A DNA stretch of 64,000 nucleotides from positions 186,001 through 250,000 of IMG/VR virus record IMGVR_UViG_3300045974_000132; one strand, written 5' to 3'. The notes beneath the pieces were generated by a model. The model was given only the letters and a program-made list of their open reading frames with translations. It did not search any database and had not been told where the DNA came from. This document shows positions 7,898 through 17,329 of this stretch, piece after piece (the first letter of the stretch is position 1; every line of letters starts with the position of its first letter). Both the position numbers and the translations under genes were made by a program.

Positions 7898-10213
7898 CTA
7901 CATCATACTGTTTCCAACGCGCACTAATTCAAGCTCCATATTCTTCCGAGTAACATTTACGCATTCGTCAACCCACGGAAGATGCTTCTTATTACTGACC
8001 AGAACTGCCGTCGTCTTGACCCCTGGAGGTTTCTTGGCCTTAGTAGCTTCACTGATAGTCCCATATCCATCTGACACAAGTAGGCCTTGAGCATTGAGCC
8101 ACCCATACTTCAAGCAGACATCAAAGAAGGCTTGAAGCGCATCATCGAAGTCAGTGCCACCACCGCTCGGTGTAGATAGAGCTTGAGCCAATTCAGCTAG
8201 AGTTGGAACGCGCTGCCCTTTCTCCCAAACGTGTATGCTATCGACGCCTCCTGAGAACTTGATTAAGGCAATGCCTCGCTTAGACAGGTAGAGCTTATGA
8301 ATCATTGACAGACAGAAGCCTGCGGCCATTTCATAATAAGAGCCACCCATAGAGCCTGAACAATCTAGCATCAGTACAATAGGACCACGACGCGGGTCTA
8401 GGTCTGTGTATTGAAGCAAATTGCCGTTAGCTAAATCGACTAAGAATGACAGTCGCGCAAAGTCACTACCCAATCGGCCTAGTTCGGAAGCAGGAAGTCT
8501 AGTTAGGTCTGTACCGAACGTAAGAGTACGATCAATCATACCTTCATCATTCGGTTTGAACGAAGGCTTGACAATAAGCTTAGCCCCGAAGTCATGGGCT
8601 GACTTCAGAATAGCTTTGAAGATTTTGGGGTTGGAAGCAAGCGTATTAAGAGTTACAAGCTTACCGCCGCTGCCTCTACCTGTCCCTTGAGAAGGGGAAT
8701 CTTCATCAGGCATATCTCCGCCACCTAAAGCATCAACGTCAATATCTTCATCGTCGTTAGGAGCAGCGTCTGATCCAGCAGACTGTTTTCCTTTTGAAGG
8801 TTTTTCAGTATCCTCTGAACCATCCTCTGTTTCGCTATCGGTAGTTTCAGAGTTCGCATCGTCTTCTGAATTTTCAAAGTCTTCCTGATCGTCACTGTCC
8901 TGTTCACCCTTCTGCGATTTAGGTAGCTTTTCTTCGGCATCTGCTTCGTCATTCGCATCATCAGGTGCAAAGTCTTTAGCGAAGGTTTTAACATTGGCAT
9001 ACAGGTCTTCAATGTCAGCTAAGAACTCGCCCGCGTTTTTGAGAATGAAGCGAATCAGCTTTATCAGTTCGTGCCCACGATCATACCTAGGTGTATCAGA
9101 TACTAGGTTTATCGCAGATGATAGACAACCTGCTTTAGGATCAAAGCGTTTAACACGAACAGAGGGAATTGCTTTAAGCAAGTCAGGAAGCTTAGGTAGA
9201 GCTTCCAAAGCAGATTGCTTTTCCCGTAGTCGTTTAATACGGTGAGGAATACGATCAATCGAATCCTGAAGCTCACTCTGGGCAGACAAAGAATACTTAC
9301 GCTTTTTACGAAGCGTCACCAACTTCTGCTTAAGGTCGATTCTGCGCTCTTTGGCTCTAGAGATCAACCTGTCAATGTAGATGATCCTCTTCTCTACAAT
9401 CTTGTTGGCTTCATTCAGGGTGTTGACTAAATGAACAGCCGCAAACATTGCAAACTCAGGGTCGTCAAAAGCATCTATCTTGGTAAGAGTAGGCACTATC
9501 GAAAGTGTTTGGGTGTGCGATAGAACTCGATCAAAGCTTGAGTGAATCCACCTAGGAGACATTTGATAGTGGCGCACCCACAGATTACGCACGACTACAT
9601 CGGGATTGATATTGGGCAGATTCTGAAACTTGAATTCAGGGTAGTGCTTCCGAAGTTCTGAATAGTAAGCATCCTCATACTTGAACTTCAAAATCTCAGG
9701 ATGCAAAGCCTTAATGCCTAACGCATCACGCAACTGTTTAGCGATCTTGATAACGATAGGGTGACGCATGTGACTGTTAAAATGCTGAGGTAGCTTCGAC
9801 GGTAGAAGGGCACAGATTTGCTCAATCGAAAGAGCGTCATACTTAATAGAACGCAAGCCCTTGAACTTCACTGCCTGCACATCATACCCAAAGAACTCTC
9901 CTAGGTATTGATTGATCTTGTAGTCAGCAGCCGTATTCACAGTGTTGGCTCTATACACATGGAGGATTGATTCATCCTCAACTACTTCGTGCATAATCTC
10001 ATGTGCTACATACACTTCCAGATTGAAGGTATCTTCATCAACGCATTTGTCAGTCAGCTTAATCCCTACAGCATCAATACAAGCTACAGGAAAGCCGCAA
10101 GTTTTATGATCGACTATCTCAACAGGTAGGAACAGCACATCAGGCCCGAACTTTTGTGCCAGGCGCTGAAGTGCTGCTTCTACTGAACGCATCCTACGTT
10201 CATACGATTTCAT
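7898..10213 (-). CDS. VWA-domain protein (ViaA/CoxE-like) with an N-terminal HExxH metallopeptidase-like domain and an acidic linker
   Basis: AHEIMHE; MIDAS LDCSGSM, GGGTDF, VSDG; adjacent to a MoxR ATPase. Confidence 0.8.
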   Translation of the reverse strand: MKSYERRMRSVEAALQRLAQKFGPDVLFLPVEIVDHKTCGFPVACIDAVGIKLTDKCVDEDTFNLEVYVAHEIMHEVVEDESILHVYRANTVNTAADYKINQYLGEFFGYDVQAVKFKGLRSIKYDALSIEQICALLPSKLPQHFNSHMRHPIVIKIAKQLRDALGIKALHPEILKFKYEDAYYSELRKHYPEFKFQNLPNINPDVVVRNLWVRHYQMSPRWIHSSFDRVLSHTQTLSIVPTLTKIDAFDDPEFAMFAAVHLVNTLNEANKIVEKRIIYIDRLISRAKERRIDLKQKLVTLRKKRKYSLSAQSELQDSIDRIPHRIKRLREKQSALEALPKLPDLLKAIPSVRVKRFDPKAGCLSSAINLVSDTPRYDRGHELIKLIRFILKNAGEFLADIEDLYANVKTFAKDFAPDDANDEADAEEKLPKSQKGEQDSDDQEDFENSEDDANSETTDSETEDGSEDTEKPSKGKQSAGSDAAPNDDEDIDVDALGGGDMPDEDSPSQGTGRGSGGKLVTLNTLASNPKIFKAILKSAHDFGAKLIVKPSFKPNDEGMIDRTLTFGTDLTRLPASELGRLGSDFARLSFLVDLANGNLLQYTDLDPRRGPIVLMLDCSGSMGGSYYEMAAGFCLSMIHKLYLSKRGIALIKFSGGVDSIHVWEKGQRVPTLAELAQALSTPSGGGTDFDDALQAFFDVCLKYGWLNAQGLLVSDGYGTISEATKAKKPPGVKTTAVLVSNKKHLPWVDECVNVTRKNMELELVRVGNSMM

Positions 10214-10222
10214 TGCAATGCC

Positions 10223-11689
10223 CTATTCTGTTTTGGCAAGGGAAGAAACTTCAAGAGTGATACCTGCTTTGATGAACGTCTGCTTCAGGGTAGTTAGCTT
10301 GTGGTCGCTATACCAATAATTGGCCTTACGCTTGTGACGGAAGCCAAATGCACGAAGCTCCTTGCTAGACCATGACATGGTTGAAGACTGAGAAGCTTTG
10401 ATCTGAATCCCTGCCCCTACATGCACACGGATGATACGGAACACTTTGCGCTCTTTGATGATATGAGCGAAAGACATACCGATAGACTTGATTTCAGCAG
10501 CAGCTTGCCTAGCATACCGACTACTAAGCTTATTGACCTCTGCATACAATTTCTTCAATTCCGAAAGCTTGCTGCGAAGGTCACCGCCTTGTCCAATAGT
10601 CTCACGTAGGGCATGAGCGCGTTCCAAGTAAGTCGAAATCTCAGCGGTGTCGCCCGACGTATTGGAAAACACAATAGACTGAACCTTACTGACTTGCGCA
10701 GGCTCATTCCAGAAGATGTTTGCAAGCACCTCCAAGTCTTTGTTGATAATCTCAGAACGACCGTCGAGAATAGCAGCAGCTTGCATAACACGGAAGGACT
10801 TGATAAATCGACGATCACTGATTTTGATATTCAGAGCATACTCAACCTGACGGCGAATACGCATAGCCATATCACGCAGCTTATCCGGTAGCGTTACAGC
10901 ACGGGTAGTCTTACGAAGTTGCTCTACCTCAGGCGAAGTAAGATAGTGAGTTTCAATCAAGTCTGGGATGTCGAGAGACTTAGCAATCAGCTTGCGGACA
11001 TTCTCTTCGTCCTTCAGGTAGGCTACATTGAAGCGTAACAGAAAGCGATCATACAGTGCTTTCAGAATAGGGTCATTAGGCAGTTCGTTTGATGCTGCGA
11101 AAGTTGCCTTGACCTTACACTTGATAATCCCATTATCCCCGTCACGGAACAGATGCTCATTGATGATCCAGAGCAAAGGATTTAGGACAGTAGCATTTGA
11201 TTTGAAGATTTCGTCGAAGAACAGAATCTCACAATCGGGGGCATACCCAATGTATTTTGTTTGTTGTCTGCCCTGAGCTAGAGCCGGGATGTCCGTCGGC
11301 CCAAAAATCTGATCAGGTTTTACAGTCTCACTCATGAGGATGTCAAAGTTCGACAAGCCTAGTAGGGAAGACGCTGTTTGAATATGGAATGTCTTTGCAG
11401 TACCTACGTCACCGAAGAACAGAGCATTCGAGCCAGATAGAATACACAGTAGGATACCGTCTGTTTCATCGTGCCGTTCATACACGAACTCATTCAAGAC
11501 AGAACGAACCTTCTGCAATTTCTCAAACAAAGGGTTGTCGTACTTGACAGGGACTTCCTGGACAGCTTCTTCAAAAGCAGCAGCTTCCTTAACAGCTTTC
11601 TCAGCACGTTCCGCCTTAGTCGGTAGCGGCTTAGAGGGCCGTAACGATGGACGGTTGGAACTACGCAAAAGAGGTTTAGGTAGAGGCAT
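10223..11689 (-). CDS. MoxR-family (RavA-like) AAA+ ATPase
   Basis: GDVGTAKT Walker A, FFDEIFKS Walker B, ASNELP, ALYDRF. Confidence 0.9.
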   Translation of the reverse strand: MPLPKPLLRSSNRPSLRPSKPLPTKAERAEKAVKEAAAFEEAVQEVPVKYDNPLFEKLQKVRSVLNEFVYERHDETDGILLCILSGSNALFFGDVGTAKTFHIQTASSLLGLSNFDILMSETVKPDQIFGPTDIPALAQGRQQTKYIGYAPDCEILFFDEIFKSNATVLNPLLWIINEHLFRDGDNGIIKCKVKATFAASNELPNDPILKALYDRFLLRFNVAYLKDEENVRKLIAKSLDIPDLIETHYLTSPEVEQLRKTTRAVTLPDKLRDMAMRIRRQVEYALNIKISDRRFIKSFRVMQAAAILDGRSEIINKDLEVLANIFWNEPAQVSKVQSIVFSNTSGDTAEISTYLERAHALRETIGQGGDLRSKLSELKKLYAEVNKLSSRYARQAAAEIKSIGMSFAHIIKERKVFRIIRVHVGAGIQIKASQSSTMSWSSKELRAFGFRHKRKANYWYSDHKLTTLKQTFIKAGITLEVSSLAKTE

Positions 11690-11769
11690 GGGATTTCCGA
11701 TACGTTTTATGTACTATATATTTACACTATGTCGTAGTCATATAGAATACGGCCTTCCGGAAATAGAAA

Positions 11770-11791
11770 TAGGAGCCAAAAGAGGCTCCTA
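11770..11791 (-). terminator. probable intrinsic terminator TAGGAGCC/GGCTCCTA
   Basis: 8-bp stem followed by a T-rich tract on the minus strand. Confidence 0.6.
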
Positions 11792-11800
11792 GTTTCATAG

Positions 11801-12061
11801 TCAAAGAGTGAATTGACCTTCGGGAGGTTTCCACTTTGGGTCTGGCTGAAAGAACTGAGTTGAAGAGTAATTTGTCCAGCCGATCTTTGTTTTAAGGCCG
11901 ACCGGACAGTTCAAAGTCTTTGCTAAGTGGCTACCGCGATCTTTCCCACAAAGCAAACACTTATGGCAAATATTACTCTTCGTCTTCGTCGTCTCCGCTT
12001 TCTTCTTCGTCATCGTTACCCTTGTCACTATCTTTACCACCCTGTAGAGTGTATTCAACAA
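11801..12061 (-). CDS. small Cys/His hypothetical protein (start uncertain, overlaps the recA end)
   Basis: CLLCGK..H......C; ends just before the terminator. Confidence 0.4.
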   Translation of the reverse strand: MLNTLYRVVKIVTRVTMTKKKAETTKTKSNICHKCLLCGKDRGSHLAKTLNCPVGLKTKIGWTNYSSTQFFQPDPKWKPPEGQFTL

Positions 12062-13772
12062 AGAGGTCGATGCCGCGTCCGTTAGCGAGTTGAGCGAAAC
12101 ACTTGTCCCGAATCTTGACAGGCTTCATACCCACAGAGGCACAGATTTCCTTAATCTCAGCAGTCTTACCTAAGATAAGTTTCTTGAAGTCCATCCAAGA
12201 CATAAACTTCGTAGCTTCGTTACCTTCAAACATCAGCTTCATCTTGCGACGAGGGCCAGACACTTGACCGGTGAACTTCAGATACTGGAATACGTCGAAT
12301 ACTGGATCGAAGCCTTGTGCATTGCCCTTAGCATCAGTAATCCATAGACGCAGATACATTTCCAAGTACGGACGGCTGAGCTTGTTCTTGAATGCCCGAA
12401 CATGCAAGTAGCGATAGTTGTCCATACCTTTACCGTAAGTAGCGGAACGCTCAGATTCAATCTGGCCTTCACCCTTGACAGTCTCACCAAGGTGCTTACT
12501 AACAGCAGAGAGGGCGCGAGAGGTATGCTTCAGACGAACATCGCTGTAAAGCTTTAGTGCTTCACCGCAGGGCTCATATTCAGGATTACCCATCATCACC
12601 ATAGGACGCAAACGTAGCTGATTGATACCTAGGACAGCAATACGCTTACCCTTCATCTTACCCTTGACTCGACGAAGTTGCTCGGCAAACATACGAGCTT
12701 GAACACCGATAGAGCTATTCGGGTCATCAACGTCTTGTGTCTCAGGAAGCATAGCAGGATAGCTATCGACCAAAACCATAGCTTGCAGAGTACCGTCTTT
12801 AGCAGGGATGCGCCATAAGCCAGTCTTCTTGAAATAGTTCTTGTCGTACTTATCACCTACGATTGCTTGATTGGCTTTGTGAACCATCGACTTGCCCTTG
12901 ACCATCTTTTTGGACTCGTAGATGTAATACCAGTTTTCACCGATCTTCTTCTTATCAGGCAGCATACGCTGAAGCTGTGCCAGATAGTCGAAGAACTTTT
13001 CAGCGATAGCTTCTGAGTTGTAACGAACGCGAGGCTTGACAACCCAGTTGCCAGTCTTTTCATCCCGAACACCAAAGATGGATTTTACGTCAGCTTTAAC
13101 GCCCATGTTGCGCATGATGTTTTCGATGTAGTCAGGAGTAGCACTACCCTCGAAGTCAAAATACGACAAGATGGGAACATCAGAGTTCAGAGCCGCTGCA
13201 AGCATTGTTACCGCGTCAGTCGTCTTACACGACTGCTCTTGCCCGAAGTTTGTGTACCAGCCAGCAGTGATACCGCCACCTAGCACCAAGTCCATTGCAA
13301 GCGTACCTGTACTTTGGCGAGAATCGCTACCGTCCATTGAAGAAGCAGACAGACCGATGTGACGTTCGATTTCATCCAGCTGATTGTCAAGGTGGGCATA
13401 AGGATCAAAGTATTCAGTAGAAGCAAGAGCTTCAGCTTTGGTTTTCTTACGACCAGATACTACTACCTCTTCACCAGTTTCTGCTTTTGCACCGCGAGTT
13501 CTACGAGTAGGCTTTGTTTCAACAACTTCCTCAGCAGTTTTCCGAGAACGCCTTGTGGGCTTCTTCTCTTCAACCACTTCCTTAGAGGCCCGAGTAGTTC
13601 TACGCGCAGGCTTTGCTTCCTCAACAGGTGCTTTTGCAGTACGAGTTCTACGAGTAGGCTTTTCTTCTACTTCTTTAGCAGCCCGAGTACGACGCGCAGG
13701 TTGAGCTTCTTTTGTAGCAGCAGCAGAAGTACGACGACTACGTGCGGGTGGGGCTTCAGATTTTCTAGCCAT
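11973..13772 (-). CDS. recA: RecA/UvsX-like recombinase with a long Arg/Lys-rich N-terminal extension
   Basis: STGTLAMDLVLGGG, GQEQSCKTT, VLVDSYPAM, QARMF, INQLR, GEALKLYSDVRL, KNKL. Confidence 0.9.
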   Translation of the reverse strand: MARKSEAPPARSRRTSAAATKEAQPARRTRAAKEVEEKPTRRTRTAKAPVEEAKPARRTTRASKEVVEEKKPTRRSRKTAEEVVETKPTRRTRGAKAETGEEVVVSGRKKTKAEALASTEYFDPYAHLDNQLDEIERHIGLSASSMDGSDSRQSTGTLAMDLVLGGGITAGWYTNFGQEQSCKTTDAVTMLAAALNSDVPILSYFDFEGSATPDYIENIMRNMGVKADVKSIFGVRDEKTGNWVVKPRVRYNSEAIAEKFFDYLAQLQRMLPDKKKIGENWYYIYESKKMVKGKSMVHKANQAIVGDKYDKNYFKKTGLWRIPAKDGTLQAMVLVDSYPAMLPETQDVDDPNSSIGVQARMFAEQLRRVKGKMKGKRIAVLGINQLRLRPMVMMGNPEYEPCGEALKLYSDVRLKHTSRALSAVSKHLGETVKGEGQIESERSATYGKGMDNYRYLHVRAFKNKLSRPYLEMYLRLWITDAKGNAQGFDPVFDVFQYLKFTGQVSGPRRKMKLMFEGNEATKFMSWMDFKKLILGKTAEIKEICASVGMKPVKIRDKCFAQLANGRGIDLFVEYTLQGGKDSDKGNDDEEESGDDEDEE

Positions 13773-13835
13773 TATCACTTCCCTTAAATGAGTAAAGGGC
13801 TCGACCTTTTACAGCCAAGCCCCTGTACTTAGAAG

Positions 13836-15173
13836 TTAAAAAGGAATGTCGTCCTCTTCATCCTCGTCATCTTCATCACGCGACTTACGAGCAGGCTTCT
13901 TGGCAGGAGCCTTCTTAGGAGGAGCCTTCTTTGCGGGTGCGGCCTTCTTTACACCACGCTTGGGAGCGGGTTCATCATCCTCGTCGTCTTCGTCATCCAG
14001 ATCGTCGTCTTCATCATCGTCGAGGTCTTCATCATCCTCGTCGTCATCCTCGTCATCTTCATCACGGGAAGAACGCTTCTTGGAAGGAGCCGCTTTCTTT
14101 GCAGTAGCTTTCTTACCACGAGCAGGCGGTTCATCATCCTCGTCATCATCGTCGAGGTCTTCGTCATCCTCGTCGTCATCCTCGTCGTCATCCTCGTCTT
14201 CGTCACGCGAAGGACGCTTCTTGGAAGGAGCCTTCTTAGGAGGAGCCTTCTTTGCGCCGCGCTTAGGGGCCGGCTCGTCATCTTCGTCATCGTCGTCGAG
14301 GTCTTCATCATCCTCGTCGTCTTCGTCTTCATCATCGTCGAAGAATTCTTTACCCTTCTTTGCGGGAGCACCCTTCTTTGCAGGCGCTTTCTTCTTCTTA
14401 CCGCCTAGGTCATCCCCGTCATCATCGTCATCACCTTCGCCGTCAAATTCTTCGGCACCGACGATTTGCATAGAATCAAGTTGCTTCTTAGCAATAGCAG
14501 GGCTTTCAAGACCCATTTCCGTCAACAGCTCCGGATTCAGATCATAGACCAGATACCCGAGTTGTTCTTCAGTCAGCGGAGACTTGTCAGCTAGGTTGAT
14601 CTGATACTTGTCGCCACCCTTTGCTTTTTCATCGTAGCGGATATTAATGTCAATACCGTACTTAGCATCACTGATATGGAACGTCTTCTTAGCGCCCTTG
14701 ATAACACGCTTGTTGAGTTCCTTCAGGTCTTGAATCTTACGCATCAAGGTAGCAGTAATACGCATTACCTTAACAGGAGTCCAAGAGTTGCTAGACAGCT
14801 CCTTGAAGCCTGTCTTCTTTTCTTCCGGAGTAATACGAGCCTTACCCGGCTTTTCTTCTTCAACAGAGCGAACGATAACGTTCGCCAGATAGTTGACAGA
14901 AGTTTGGCTTTCAATAGTGCAGTATGGGCACTTGCAACCCTTCTTGCTCTCTTCCGTGATCGGGTCGAAAGAAACGCACAGCTTAGGAATCTTAACTTCG
15001 CGCTTAGTCTTACCTGCGAGAATATTAATCCAGTGAGTCTTCATTGCCAAAATGTCATTCGGCATAATACGAAGTTGAACCCACTTACCGTTCGGCAGTT
15101 TCAAAACATCGACAAGGTCTTCCAGTCGAGCATGGTCACCGCGTGTTTGAGGCTTGGCATCACCTAATTTCAT
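13836..15173 (-). CDS. probable single-stranded DNA-binding protein (gp32-like N-domain) with a long acidic/basic tail ending DDIPF
   Basis: next to recA; H..C/CPYC Zn-site-like residues; C-terminal DDIPF identical to the bacterial SSB tip. Confidence 0.7.
   Translation of the reverse strand: MKLGDAKPQTRGDHARLEDLVDVLKLPNGKWVQLRIMPNDILAMKTHWINILAGKTKREVKIPKLCVSFDPITEESKKGCKCPYCTIESQTSVNYLANVIVRSVEEEKPGKARITPEEKKTGFKELSSNSWTPVKVMRITATLMRKIQDLKELNKRVIKGAKKTFHISDAKYGIDINIRYDEKAKGGDKYQINLADKSPLTEEQLGYLVYDLNPELLTEMGLESPAIAKKQLDSMQIVGAEEFDGEGDDDDDGDDLGGKKKKAPAKKGAPAKKGKEFFDDDEDEDDEDDEDLDDDDEDDEPAPKRGAKKAPPKKAPSKKRPSRDEDEDDDEDDDEDDEDLDDDDEDDEPPARGKKATAKKAAPSKKRSSRDEDDEDDDEDDEDLDDDEDDDLDDEDDEDDEPAPKRGVKKAAPAKKAPPKKAPAKKPARKSRDEDDEDEEDDIPF
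13850..14450. repeat. imperfect coding repeats (e.g. CATCGTCGAGGTCTTC) encoding alternating D/E blocks and KKAP blocks
   Basis: visible in both DNA and translation. Confidence 0.85.
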
Positions 15174-15207
15174 TACAACTCCTTGTATTAAAATAGTACA
15201 ACATTAA

Positions 15208-16320
15208 TTATTTACAGTTACGTGTAGGTTGCACTGAAGCAGCCGCTACTAAAGCACTTTCAACACCTTTAGTCGGCATGAAGCCTAACTGTTTCTTCAT
15301 AGATCGAAGCATTCTGATCTTTTCCTTTCTAGATATATACTCGTCAAGGTCGAGATACAAACGAGCAATACCTAGATTGTCTGCACTTTTTATAAGATAG
15401 AGAAGAGTGGCAGACTCTTGGTCATCCTCTATCTGTCGATCAACACCCTGACAACCTACTAAGAAGTGCTTTAAGTCTATAGCACCTTCATCTTCGTTGT
15501 CACTCATTACGCTATCCAGGCTTACACTGAAGTTTACCTGAGACGCTTTAGTACCTTGTACATTCCTCTTTTGCAACTGAGGCATTGTATAAGCGATACC
15601 GTACTCATGCCCATAGTTGGCATTTGAATACGTTTGAGCATTTAGAATCCAATAGTTTATGTAACTGGTGAGAGCTCCTTTACTACTATCGTATTTATCA
15701 ATAGCTTTAGTAATTGCCGCCATTAAGCTTTGATAAACGTCTTTGAAGTCAAAGTTTCCAGTCTTTTGTTTGCAGAACGCATGGGCTTGCTTGTAACCAT
15801 GCTTTAGATACTGCTCCACAATGTTATTTCTAAAGGTATACGCGAGTTCAACGTAGTGCCTACATATGTTCAATGTAGAAAACAAGTGGTCGCGTGTAAA
15901 TCCTACGGTACGTTCTATAGCCTGCAACTTAAGGTCTAGGGTGGTTCGCTCCATGTGCTTGGAGCAAGTAAGGTATTTGGTATATAGATCCGTGTAATCT
16001 TCTGTTTCCGAAAGGAAGTTCACAAGGAAACTATATACAAAGCTGCGTTCAATCTTTGCTTTAGATAAAAGGTCTATCTTCCGATCAAGATCAGTAGTGG
16101 TAAGTACATTGCACAGACAGACAATGAATACTTCCCGCTCTAGGGCAGAGATTTTTCTTTTCTTGTTTGTTGCAGCTACACCTAATAGATGGGCTACTTG
16201 TATATCAAATACCTGACTATGGCGAATAATGGGTTCAAGACCCTTATAGATAAGGAAATCAAGAGCTTCCTGTATCTGCCCACCGGTCAGGTTTGAAGTG
16301 TCAATGGGCTTTTTATCCAT
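15208..16320 (-). CDS. phage sigma70-family sigma factor (divergent)
   Basis: region 2 DVYQSLMAAITKAIDKYDSSKGALTSYINYWI; region 3.2-like VSLDSVMSDNEDE. Confidence 0.75.
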   Translation of the reverse strand: MDKKPIDTSNLTGGQIQEALDFLIYKGLEPIIRHSQVFDIQVAHLLGVAATNKKRKISALEREVFIVCLCNVLTTTDLDRKIDLLSKAKIERSFVYSFLVNFLSETEDYTDLYTKYLTCSKHMERTTLDLKLQAIERTVGFTRDHLFSTLNICRHYVELAYTFRNNIVEQYLKHGYKQAHAFCKQKTGNFDFKDVYQSLMAAITKAIDKYDSSKGALTSYINYWILNAQTYSNANYGHEYGIAYTMPQLQKRNVQGTKASQVNFSVSLDSVMSDNEDEGAIDLKHFLVGCQGVDRQIEDDQESATLLYLIKSADNLGIARLYLDLDEYISRKEKIRMLRSMKKQLGFMPTKGVESALVAAASVQPTRNCK

Positions 16321-16377
16321 ACGATACCTTGAGTAAGTGTGTTATACTGATTCTTTTACAGTATCGCTAGTTTTATG

Positions 16378-16917
16378 TTACATGTGTTCTTCAATAACAG
16401 TACCAGCTAGTCTAACTAGGTGCTTGCACAGCATAGGTTGAAGCTGAGGATTGGTAACATTTGGGTGTTCACCGTTGGAATACTTGATCTTAGCACTACC
16501 CCAATGGTTTAGAGCTACCTCACAGTAGTAAAGGAAGTAGTCGCATTGGCAGGATACCAGAACATGCTTCTGCCTAGACAGAGGAATATCCTTTTCCTTA
16601 CCGATAATATCAGTAGCGTACACATTGCGCTGACCTTTATTACCAACAGACAACACCTTTGCACGAATAGCCGGAAAGCCACCCTTGGTGGTAGCCGGCT
16701 TTAGCATCTTGACCAACACTTCATGAGCATTGTTTTTGATGAAAGGCGGGGTAGCACGAATCAAAGCTTTAAGGCTTAAGCCATCTAGCTTATAATCTAT
16801 TGTCTCAGGCTTTGCTTTACCACGAGGTGCAGGGGCTACCTTGTCACGTTTTACCTGAACCGGACTGGGCTTTGTCTGAGCTACGCGTCTTCCTGCTTTA
16901 ATAGTAATCTTTGCCAC
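16378..16917 (-). CDS. SWIM-type zinc finger protein
   Basis: VSCQCDYF...LCKHL. Confidence 0.7.
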   Translation of the reverse strand: MAKITIKAGRRVAQTKPSPVQVKRDKVAPAPRGKAKPETIDYKLDGLSLKALIRATPPFIKNNAHEVLVKMLKPATTKGGFPAIRAKVLSVGNKGQRNVYATDIIGKEKDIPLSRQKHVLVSCQCDYFLYYCEVALNHWGSAKIKYSNGEHPNVTNPQLQPMLCKHLVRLAGTVIEEHM

Positions 16918-16966
16918 GATGTACTCTCCTTATAAATGAGTACAATTAAATTAGCAACGGTGGCAT

Positions 16967-17329
16967 TTAAGAGGATATGCGCTGCGTAACAGTTGCCCCG
17001 TTCTCAAGGTCTTCAGAAACCTCAACAGAACAATTGCGAACACCGTAGCAGGAGTTCAAATACCCGATCACATTATGTGCAATCATTTCACAAGATCGGT
17101 GTTGCAGATCAGTACCTGTTAAGAACTTATCCAGCCCACGTTTGACCAAGATGAACTCAAGTTCACGATCATCATGGAAGACTTCAATAGTTGCCTTCAC
17201 ATGAAAGATGTGTCGGTGAGGGCTACGAAGGAATGCTACTTCATCAGGGGCATCTGGGTAGCAATGAATGCCTTCAAAAGAAGTAGTAACAAAGATCGTA
17301 GTATGGCAGGAAGTAATCACAGGGACCAT
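16967..17329 (-). CDS. QueD/6-pyruvoyltetrahydropterin synthase-like (T-fold) protein
   Basis: FEGIH...HRHIFHV metal-binding His motif; SCEMIA; VSED. Confidence 0.7.
   Translation of the reverse strand: MVPVITSCHTTIFVTTSFEGIHCYPDAPDEVAFLRSPHRHIFHVKATIEVFHDDRELEFILVKRGLDKFLTGTDLQHRSCEMIAHNVIGYLNSCYGVRNCSVEVSEDLENGATVTQRISS

Noticed and set aside
12780-13120. Intein in RecA (large insertion)
   Set aside because: No terminal HN-(C/S/T) splice motif and no LAGLIDADG block seen
13359-13787. Plus-strand ORFs opposite the RecA N-terminus
   Set aside because: Shadows of low-complexity coding repeats
13846-14547. 233 aa poly-Ser ORF on the + strand, and the 13949-14371 alternative frame
   Set aside because: Antisense or frame shadow of the GAT/GAC/GAG repeats in the SSB tail
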